Assembly: GCF_001194135.2 (NCBI RefSeq)
Contig: NC_069006.1
Coordinates: forward strand, 12,293,745 to 12,357,744
From: Octopus bimaculoides
Lineage: Eukaryota
Reading direction: 5' to 3'
DNA length: 64,000 bases
In this document: in pieces, positions 1-9,987 of the stretch
Layout: the number at the start of each line of letters is the position of its first letter
How positions within the stretch are numbered: the stretch's first letter is position 1
The notes under the pieces: model-generated
What the model was told of the DNA's origin: nothing
Databases searched by the model: none
The model's input: only the letters and a program-made list of their open reading frames with translations
Translations under genes and position numbers: made by a program

Positions 1-34
1 CGATGATTTCAACGATTCCAGATAGTCAACTTAC

Positions 35-151
35 ATTAGCAATTTCAGTTTCAAACTCCAGGATCTCATACATCTGATTGTAAGTGTCATTCTTTTCTCC
101 ACCAAGCAATACTCCAATGGTGGTCATGTATTCAAGCGCTGCAGATAATAT
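35..151 (-). CDS. ECE1: ECE-like M13 peptidase, internal 117-bp exon (gene continues beyond the window start)
   Basis: cttactcctttttag|ATA...GCT AAT|gtaagt. Translates ILSAALEYMTTIGVLLGGEKNDTYNQMYEILEFETEIAN, homologous to ECE-1 VLTGYLNYMVQLGKLLGG...QMQQILDFETALAN. Phase 0-0, in frame with the 69-bp exon. Confidence 0.93.
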
Positions 152-1436
152 CTAAAAAGGAGTAAGAGAAGAATTTAGTGAGACATCACTGAAACTCATT
201 AATCTTGAAATGTGACATGTTCCCTGACCACAAGAACTCGAGAATAGAACATACACACCTCCCGCATATACTCTTGAATTAGATACACTTCTAGCTGACA
301 AACTTTAGAACCAGACATATTTCCTACACACATTTTTTAAAACTACATACTGTTGATCTAGACACATCTCCTGTTGACACACCCTCTGTATCTATATTGA
401 CTTGTTACCCAAAAGAACTTATCTGACTGAGATAGACACCTCCTAATGATATGCGCACTGTAGCAGCATTGACAAGCTAAGTGCATCTCTCAGCATTCTG
501 TCTATATTAGACCTTTTCATCTCTACAGTGGATTCACAAACACCAAAGTTAACAAATATAATATATAATTATTTTTGTTTATATTACACCCAAAGTTCAG
601 TTCAGTTCAAGTGAGCGAGTTTTCTTTTTGGAAAATTTGGACACCTATATAATATTGAATCAAATATCTAATACACTTGTGTGTCCTTGCTGCAACTGAT
701 AACTTTAGTGTCATCCTGGAATTGTATTTACTCAAATAGACACATTATGGACAAAGAATGTAGCCATGAGAGGACCACACTGGAAAATCTCTTCAAAAAA
801 TAAAACACAAATCAGGTTTATACAACAGTGAGTTGTGTGTGTCAGTATAATTATTATATGTGATGTAATTGAATGGGTGAGAGACAGAATACAAGCAGAA
901 GAGCCAACTGTGTTGACAAATGATAATTACCACCCATGTAGTCAAAACATCATAAGAACCAGCTGTGTAGTCTGTAGCTGTGTTAACACATTAGAAGAAG
1001 CAGCTGTATAGTCAGTACTCAATCCGAGTTAATACAAATTAAGAAGCAATTGCATAATCTGTATTGTGTGTTAGCACCATAATAACTGGCTGTGGACTAA
1101 TCTTACATATTAATAAAATGCAATGTGTATCCCATCAGTCAAACTAGGAAAAGAAGAATAAAACAACAGAGTGGGAGTGGGTGACAGTCACAAATGCTAA
1201 AGCAAGCAAACAGTATTCAAAGTTTTTTCTCTAAAGATGCTGATATTTTAATTAAAATAAAACTGCAAATTTTTATTATGAATTGTATTCAGTTTAGCAG
1301 TTTCATACACACACACACACACACACAATTACATATATGAAATTAAATATTACACTTCTTTTGTTTTCAAAATATTGTTCTCATAACATATATATAAATG
1401 TTATGTGAACAATAATTATCATTCCAATCCCATTGG

Positions 1437-3978
1437 TATTATTACATGTATCATTCAACTACAGTAGTAGTTGAATAATATTCTGAAGGTCACAATTTAC
1501 TCACATGCAGCATATTTCAGACTTTTTTGCTAATTCAGTTCTTAACCAAATTGAAAACTGTTACCATTTTTGAAGGAGACTAGTCCCTAGCTACATTTTG
1601 GCATAAAAAAGTTGAGATTTGGTCCAGTTGAAAAAAGTTTACATAAAAATTATAGGAGAGTAAGTAACACCTCCAATCAAGTTTAGATCTAAATAACTTT
1701 TTTTATTTAAAAAAAAAGTATATTTATCTTAGCTTAAATGATAGAAGGCATGAGGAATTTCATAGTTTTTTTCCCATGCGACAAAAATTTGTATCAAAAA
1801 TGTTGTGAGGTAAAATACGGAAAAAAAATATGAGTAAGGCAAGAAAATGGATTTAAGTATAATTAACTTTTTTATTTTAAAAACTATATTTTAATTAAGC
1901 TTAAATGATAGAGCTCAATTCAAGGAATTTCATGGTATCAATTTTATGCAATGAAGTTCTAAAAGAAAGAAGTAATATAGTGTTTATTTCACAAATTTGA
2001 GGTTGATAATATAGTTCTATACTTTTTTATGAATACAGTTCTATAAGGGGACTTTTAATATATGTCACCAGCATCATTGAGGTAAGGAAAAAAATTATCA
2101 ATGACACCACAAGGAATTTCATAGTTTTGGTCCCATTAAATTAAATATTTTTTTACTGTCTTTGTATATCAATTAAAAAATAAAATTTACACACTCATAA
2201 ATCTTTCACATTCATAATTTCATTGACAATTAGTCTACTTTTGTATTGGGACTCTTAATACTACAATTTAAAGATAATATTTAAAATAATGATATTTAAT
2301 AATATTTAAAATAATATTGTTTAATAATCCAATTTTTCAGCTTTCCAATGAAGGGTTTGAGGGAATATGATTTGGAGGAAATTACTTGCTTTTATAAATA
2401 ACTTCATATTAATTTTTGTTTTAAACAACCTAAATTCTTCGATAAAATATAGCCACTTGTGACTGTGTCTCTACGAGCAATATTGAATCATGTATGGCCA
2501 TTCAGAGAAGACAATTTTAAGTAATTATATTTTATATTATTTTTAATTTTAAATTTATTAGCAATGAAGTTATTTACATGCTTTAATAAATTATGTCATT
2601 GTTAATTGAATTAAATTCATTACATAACACAAGTTTTTATCTTTCATATCAATTAGCAACAATCATTATTTTCATCAACTCAAAATCTACACAACCTAAG
2701 GTTGCAAATTCAAGATGATGATTATATTGTAGTTGTTGTTCCTTATTACAAAATCAATAATTTTTTGCTTATAAAAATGCATATAATTTATTAATAATTG
2801 CAAGAAAATAAATTTGCTTAAAAAATGACTTTATTTTATTTTTATTTTCTTTAAAATTCCAAATTCACTTGATAGAATATAGACATTTCTGGCTGTGTCT
2901 CTATGGGCAGTACTGAAGTCATGTAGTGAGGCTGTTCAGAAAAAGCATTGGTCAAAAGTGCTTTATTTTTTAACTTTAATATTTAATTAATAAAGTTATT
3001 TTTAATATGCTATTGCACTTAAGTAAGTTTAACTTTTATTATTAATTTTCTCTTTCAGCCTTACTTGCTTNNNNNNNNNNNNNNNNNNNNNNNNNNNNNN
3101 NNNNNNNNNNNNNNNNNNNNNNNNNNNNNNNNNNNNNNNNNNNNNNNNNNNNNNNNNNNNNNNNNNNNNNNNNNNNNNNNNNNNNNNNNNNNNNNNNNNN
3201 NNNNNNNNNNNNNNNNNNNNNNNNNNNNNNNNNNNNNNNNNNNNNNNNNNNNNNNNNNNNNNNNNNNNNNNNNNNNNNNNNNNNNNNNNNNNNNNNNNNN
3301 NNNNNNNNNNNNNNNNNNNNNNNNNNNNNNNNNNNNNNNNNNNNNNNNNNNNNNNNNNNNNNNNNNNNNNNNNNNNNNNNNNNNNNNNNNNNNNNNNNNN
3401 NNNNNNNNNNNNNNNNNNNNNNNNNNNNNNNNNNNNNNNNNNNNNNNNNNNNNNNNNNNNNNNNNNNNNNNNNNNNNNNNNNNTACATGGAGTAAATAAA
3501 ATCATAACATGAACAATTAAATATAAGAAATAATAATTTTTTAAAGTATGTGTTAATCCCAATATACCCAGACTTTGTGGACACCCTGTAGATCAGCAGC
3601 AATCATTGCTATTATCACCTACTCAAAATCTAGGTTACTTTAGGTGAGCCTGGTAACTGATGGTTTTGGGGTCTTGCTGTTTGTAACCGATTGGTGCAAC
3701 CTTCAAGATGGTAAAATTCTCTGCCATTAATTTGGTGTGGATGGGTAATATCAGTAGCTGTTGCTCTTTCAAAGTTTATCAAATTCAATTTTCAATAAGG
3801 TAAAATCTTAAATTATTAATTGACGCATTATTAATTAGCATAATAGCATAGCCTGGGAACAACATGGATTACATGGAAAAATGTGAGCAAGAGAAATAAT
3901 ATTCTTAAGATTATAAACCTGAAAAAGTACATCTGGTAAAGTACAGAACAAGTATTTTTCCATGTGATACATGTAATA
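1437..3978. repeat. Copy 1 of a duplicated composite ~2.5 kb element
   Basis: Near-identical blocks in the same order recur at 21198-22841. Bounded by a 14-bp inverted repeat, TATTACATGTATCA (1440-1453) / TGATACATGTAATA (3965-3978). Confidence 0.85.
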
Positions 3979-4151
3979 CTTTCAACTTTCTTTCATTTTA
4001 GTCCATTTTTCCATGTTTGCCCTTTTCCAAATAAAGGGTAAAATATTTTACTGATTTCATCAATCTAAAAGATGTAAACAAATGTAATAGAGTACACACA
4101 CTCACGCACATGTAGAGGTATACATATGCATAGGTATATAAATATGTATGC

Positions 4152-4189
<38 letters not shown>

Positions 4190-4546
4190 AGGTGTGGCTG
4201 TGTGGTAAGTAGCTTGCTTACCAACCACATTGTCCCACTGTGTGGCACCTTGGGCAAGTGTCTTCTATAACCTTGTGAGTGGATTTGGTAGACGGAAACT
4301 GGAAGAAGCCCGTCATATATGTGTATATGATGTGTGTGTATATGTTTGTGTGTCTGTGTTTGTCCCTCCAACATCACTTGACAACCGATGCTGGTGTGTT
4401 TATGTCCCCGTAACTTAGTGGTTCGGCAAAAGTGACCGATAGAATAAGTACTAGGCTTATAAAGAATAAGTCCTGGGGTCAAATTGTTTGCCTAAAGGCA
4501 GTGCTCCAGCATGGCTGCAGTCAAATGACTGAAACAAGTAAAAGAG
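4190..4546 (+). mobile_element. tRNA-derived SINE, family A (CR1/L2-type tail)
   Basis: Head gtgtggctgtgtggtaag...cccactgtgtggcaccttgggcaagtgtctt, internal microsatellite, tail ggcagtgctccagcatgg...gactgaaacaagtaaaag. Repeats at 28288-28670, 42411-42763 and 56145-56470. Confidence 0.85.
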
Positions 4547-4620
4547 TATATATATACACACACACACACACACTCAGCGATATGTCTGTATATAAATGTA
4601 TATATATATATGTGTATGTA

Positions 4621-4696
<76 letters not shown>

Positions 4697-5262
4697 GAAT
4701 ATTCTCCTGACAAAAGGTCATTGCCTTTGTGTTTCCTTAATGGATTATACATTATCGAAATGTGGCGACATCTTTTGAAACAATTGTAGAGATGAATTTC
4801 GAATGGACTCTTTTCTGGTTATTGATTTGTCTGTTATTTATTTATATTCTATTTCATTTTTATCACCTTAAACTTTTAGTCGCTTTCAATATGCATTGAT
4901 TTAATCCATATATTTTTCTTCATTCGACTCCATTCATATTACTTTTTCAGATTTTGTTACTTTTGTATTCGTATATATATATGTATATTTTTATACTATT
5001 GGGTTTTGCCACTGGTTGCCCTAATGTTTTTAATATATATTTATGCTTGATATCGTGATAATATGAGAATATTATAAAGTTACTTCTGACCAATTAGAGT
5101 GTTTATTCATTATACCCTTCAATTTGTTTTCCCTTTGTCTCAGTGTTACCTGACCACTTCCACTTGCAGTCCTATATTTTATTTTTCGGTTTAACAAAGT
5201 TATAAAATTACCTTCATATATATAATGTATATATACTTTGTGGTGATCTAAATATGTGTTTG

Positions 5263-5320
<58 letters not shown>

Positions 5321-6188
5321 TCTACTATATTGTAGGGCTGACCAAAGCCTTGTGAGTAGATTTTGTAGATAGAAACTGGAAGAAGACCTCAGTATGTATG
5401 TATGTATGTATGTATGCTTATCTATACATATATATGTATGCATATGTCCCTATATGTATGTATGTGTGTGTATATACATACATGCATTATGTGGACATAT
5501 TTTCAACTGAGATGTTACAACTGTATCTGATTCTTCAAGTGCTTCAATTCTGTGTGTGTACTCATTTTTTCTAGAATTGCTAACATTTATCAATGATTTC
5601 TCCCATTTTGTTGATGCACCATTTTCTATCCTTAATAAAACTGTCTGCATTTTTGTCAGCATGGTTATGCTAGTTAATACTATAAACAGTTTTCTAGATA
5701 AGATTGTTAATAAAGAATAAGATCTATGACAGTGAAGTCGTTAAGGTAGCAACAGGATGAGAAACTATAGGCTGTTGCTTTATATATAATATCATAGTCT
5801 GGTAATGTTTTGTATCTGTTGTCGACCAACACTCCTTTGATGGTATACAAACCAATGTAGTTGTTCAACCTGCTAGGAATAGTAGTAGCTACTTACATTA
5901 AAATCACATCCTACTTAAAATGGGAAGGATGCATTGGTTAATTTAGTTCTAGACACATGTAAAAGACATTCTGGTTATAGTTGGAAAGCTTTTGGTTACA
6001 GGTGTATTCAATATGGACTAACCTGGTGTTAAACGATACCATTAGGACTGACAACTGTTTAATTCAATTTCTTTTATGTGATGTGATACAATAGCGGGGA
6101 TTGGTGGGGAGAGGAGTGATTTGTATTTTCTCATTGTAGAGGGAGTTGCAATGGTCCCCCTAAATCTGATAACTTACAACAGACTTAC

Positions 6189-6257
6189 CTTGTCTTCAGT
6201 TATTGTTTTGTTTAAGTAATACTGGGGACTGGACAGGTCAAGTCCACCTTGGTCAAT
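6189..6257 (-). CDS. ECE1: ECE-like M13 peptidase, internal 69-bp exon
   Basis: atgtatttcag|ATT GAC CAA...GAC AAG|gtaagt. Translates IDQGGLDLSSPQYYLNKTITEDK, homologous to ECE-1 [22 protein letters not shown]. Phase 0-0. Confidence 0.92.
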
Positions 6258-6728
6258 CTGAAATACATCAATATACATGAGATCAAATGGTGGTGGTAGT
6301 GATGATGATGCTGATTGTAGGGTTGGTGGTAATGGTAATGATTGTTGAGATGACAGTGGTTATGGCTGTGTGTATATATATGTATATACTAAATCTGCTT
6401 CTGAATGTAAGAACATCACAACATAATATAACAAGAATAGAATAAACTGCCAGCTGACATGCTATGTCTCCAGCCCATAGCTGACCACAGTCAAATTAAA
6501 GTTACATATTCTTTAACCCTTTGAAAACTCAATTGCATTCCCTTTTATAGTCTGACACATTAGTTCACCAACATCGCTCTCACTGCCACACTAATACTAC
6601 TACATCCTTTACTGACTCCTACATACACCACCACTCCATCCTTACTTTCTCCCAAGTACTGCATTGAATAACAAGGTGAGTATACTAGTTAATCACATGA
6701 ATACCCATATGTGTATATATATATATAT

Positions 6729-6998
6729 ATTTAAGGAATGGCGTGAACGCATGTTATAACTGCATACTTTATTCCGACATATGTTTCGAAGAATTACAAT
6801 TTATGCGATCCATAGGAATCGTCGATATTAAAAATGTAAACTTCTCCTCAGGGAAGATGATCTCCATACATTTCCCTGAGGAGAAGTTTACATTTTGAAC
6901 ATCGACGATTCCTATGGATCGCATAGATTGTAATTCTTCAAAACATATGTCGGAATAAAGTATGCAGTTATAACATGCGTTCACTCCATTCCTTAAAT
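6729..6998. mobile_element. 270-bp near-perfect palindromic MITE with TTAA flanks
   Basis: TTAA|GGAATGGCGTGAACGCATG...CATGCGTTCACTCCATTCC|TTAA. Arms of ~125 bp with few mismatches and a loop of ~9 nt. Confidence 0.88.
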
Positions 6999-7631
6999 TT
7001 ATATATACTCAAATACCCAAAATATCAAGGAGTTTCTGCCTCAAAAACAGGAATTACACCACAGTTATTTTGTGATCTTTGCTACCCTGGTTTCTATTAA
7101 CCCATTTATTCTATCCGAATTATTATTAATTAGGATAAAATAAATACATATAATTTATATATATATATATATATATATATATNNNNNNNNNNNNNNNNNN
7201 NNNNNNNNNNNNNNNNNNNNNNNNNNNNNNNNNNNNNNNNNNNNNNNNNNNNNNNNNNNNNNNNNNNNNNNNNNNNNNNNNNNNNNNNNNNNNNNNNNNN
7301 NNNNNNNNNNNNNNNNNNNNNNNNNNNNNNNNNNNNNNNNNNNNNNNNNNNNNNNNNNNNNNNNNNNNNNNNNNNNNNNNNNNNNNNNNNNNNNNNNNNN
7401 NNNNNNNNNNNNNNNNNNNNNNNNNNNNNNNNNNNNNNNNNNNNNNNNNNNNNNNNNNNNNNNNNNNNNNNNNNNNNNNNNNNNNNNNNNNNNNNNNNNN
7501 NNNNNNNNNNNNNNNNNNNNNNNNNNNNNNNNNNNNNNNNNNNNNNNNNNNNNNNNNNNNNNNNNNNNNNNNNNNNNNNNNNNNNNNNNNNNNNNNNNNN
7601 NNNNNNNNNNNNNNNNNNNNNNNNNNNNNNN

Positions 7632-7672
7632 TTTCATTTTGGCAGTGCTGTTGAGGTTCTTGTATTTTTCCT
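7632..7672 (-). CDS. ECE1: ECE-like M13 peptidase, 5' part of coding exon 3 (remainder lies in N-gap 7183-7631)
   Basis: Pyrimidine-rich acceptor ttttcaatattttccag|AG GAA. Phase 1 join gives ...KHVI-E-EKYKNLNSTAKMK, matching the ECE region ENSTA..SEAERKAQ. The sequence then runs into Ns. Confidence 0.8.
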
Positions 7673-7789
7673 CTGGAAAATATTGAAAAAAAAATTTATT
7701 CTGTTTAATCTCTTGCAAAAGCTTAGCATAAAACACTTTCTAAAAAATTGCTTAATACAACAAACAATTTATGGCTAATTTTTCGCATG

Positions 7790-8230
7790 CACAATGTTTG
7801 TTTTTGATTTTGTTGACTACACAGTATAGTAGGGTCAGTTGGGCACTGTCTGTGAGAAAAACGGCACCATGACGCAATTAACTCTGCCAGAAATTTGGAA
7901 ACAACATGCTGTACTGCTTGGCATTTGTACTAGAAGTTCCACTACGAACATTCGAGAGTGTTTGGGTGTTAATCTGAGGGCAGTACAGAAGATTCGGAAA
8001 GAGTTAGATGAGTTTAATGGTGATTACAAAGGTATGGCAGCTTGGAAAACTCAATCAGGTCTACCACCAGGGACATGGAAGTATCTGAGTTTCTTATCAG
8101 GCAGGTAGTGCATGAAGACATTCAGTATTCCTCATACAAGATGAGAAAGGGCCAATTGTTATCCCAAGCCATCAAGGACAAAAGGAAAGACCACACTACA
8201 AAGCTTTTGAACAAACTCAAGCAACCCCTT
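7790..8230 (+). mobile_element. maT/DD37D mariner-like transposon, 5' half (truncated)
   Basis: Shares the cacagtRtagtagggtcagttgggcactgt leader with 51685. Frameshifted HTH region MTQLTLPEIWKQHAVLLG...LGVNLRAVQKIRKEL...YKMRKGQLLSQ..KLLNKLKQPL. Confidence 0.8.
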
Positions 8231-8290
8231 CCTTGGTTCCCAACCTGGGGTCTGTGGAAATCTGGGGGTCTGCAAAGGGGTTGCCAATTT
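8231..8290 (+). mobile_element. Charlie-like hAT left terminus
   Basis: ccttggttcccaacctggggtctgtgga...gggggtctgcaa mirrors the right end at 11831-11917. No matching 8-bp target-site duplication seen. Confidence 0.55.
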
Positions 8291-8540
8291 TCAGATTTTT
8301 AATGTTCAAAACCCTAGGTTTTCCAGTTTTAGCTAATACTGGAACCATTGAACATGCATACACTACACAGAACCCCTAATTTACGTGTTAAAAAAAATCT
8401 CACAGATAGAATGCATTTGAGGTGATGTGCACAGAGCATACATGCACATACTTGAATGCAGGCGTCTCTCTGCGACTTTATCGATTGGTACGAGGGTATG
8501 GGCACAACAAGACTAAACAGGACTGAAAATTGGTGGTATC

Positions 8541-9127
8541 ACAGCCCAGAATATACTCCTGCCCAGACTATACCCCCTCCAGATAACCAGGCCAGAATAT
8601 ACCCGTCCCGACTACACCCCATGCTTGCGGACAAATAACACAGATGTACCTCACTTATAAAAGTTGCCTCAGAACATATATAAAATTTGATTATCACTCA
8701 ATGAAGAATTAAAAGTTACATGTAAATTTCGATTTAAACATAGCAATTTAGAATGGTCAAATGCAAAATACTTTATAATGTACCAGCATAAACCCACATT
8801 TGCATGAGTCTAGGCTATGATTCATAGCACAGCATGCACAAGTTGTCAATTTTTTCCCAATCTATTGGTACATTGAATATTTGTATTTGATAATTCTAAA
8901 TTGCTATGCTTAAATCGAAATTTACATGTAACTTTTAAGTCTTCATCGATTGATATCAAATTTTATATATATTCTGAGGCAACTTTTGTAAGTGAGGTAC
9001 ATCTGTATTATTTGTCTGCAAGCATGGGGTATAGTCTGGACAGGGATATATTCTGGGCTAGCCCCGGGTATATTCTGGGCTAGCCCCGGGTATATTCTGG
9101 ACTAGCCCCGGGTATATTCTGGACTGT
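8541..9127. mobile_element. ~590-bp foldback element with internal 22-bp tandem repeats
   Basis: Inverted arms of ~190 bp (about 8592-8790 vs 8870-9060). Termini acagcccagaatatac / gtatattctggactgt. Three copies of tagccccgggtatattctggRc at 9059-9125. Confidence 0.82.
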
Positions 9128-9650
9128 TACAGCAGCTGTAACACCGGCTTATTGATGACATAGTCTGCAAGAGTGGTTTATGAAGAGGCTGCAATTTGTT
9201 TTCATCATCACACATTTACAAACAACTATATTTTCGACATATTTATCATCATAAGTTCATTCTTAATTTTACTTTTTATGTTTGTATTAAGCATCAATAA
9301 GTAGGGACCTAATAAGCCAATAAAAAGACAAGCTAATAGCACCATCAAAATTAAGACATTCGTTCTACATAAAGTACCTAGCGACTTTTAGTTGAACTTT
9401 TTTAAAGTAGCTGCAAGGCATTATAATGGTAAGAAAATTGGCCTAAATCCAACTGAATGGCTAAAATGAGGATATTGAAGTAAAACAAAATTAACCAATT
9501 TTGAAGTAACTTCTGCATGAAAAAGGACTTACCATGTTTTGAAAAATATCTTATATATATATGTGTGTGNNNNNNNNNNNNNNNNNNNNNNNNNNNNNNN
9601 NNNNNNNNNNNNNNNNNNNNNNNNNNNNNNNNNNNNNNNNNNNATATATA

Positions 9651-9858
9651 TCATCATCATCATCATCATTTAACGTCTGCTTTCCATGCTAGCATGGGTT
9701 GGATGATTTGACTGAGGACTGGTGAAACCGGATGGCAACACCAGCCTCCAATCTGATTTGGCAGAGTTTCTACAGCTGGATGCCCTTCCTAACGCCAACC
9801 ACTCAGAGAGTTTAGTGGGTGCTTTTACGTGTCACCCGCACGAAGGCCAGTCTGGCGG
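9651..9858 (-). mobile_element. RTE-type 3' end fragment
   Basis: (CAT)n then ttaacgtctgctttccatgctagcatggg...ctacagctggatgcccttcc. Same tail as the RTE at 24249. Similar copies at ~14400-14590, ~53050-53220, ~55070-55250, ~57790-58010 and ~63230-63430. Confidence 0.78.
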
Positions 9859-9987
9859 TATATATATATATATATATATATATATACTGATAAAAGTAAC
9901 AAAGTTTTCTCAACAGAGTGAACTAGTACTAAATTCTGTGCATTTACAGAGCAACATTTACATATTGTTATTATATTTATTTGTAGA

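Noticed and set aside
3029-3602. Long ORFs spanning N-runs (also ~7155-7630, 15827-16576, 48572-49015, 55185-56001, 58486-58809)
   Set aside because: These are artefacts of untranslatable gaps and (TA)n repeats. Only the 41 bp at 7632-7672 is real coding sequence.
5450-5662. 70-aa minus-strand ORF (MLTKMQTVLLRIENG...) as a candidate ECE exon
   Set aside because: No M13 similarity, and the flanking ECE exons already join in phase without it. It looks more like a LINE ORF1 or coiled-coil relic.
9059-9125. 22-bp direct repeats resembling a CRISPR or iteron array
   Set aside because: The repeats are contiguous without spacers and form part of a foldback element arm.
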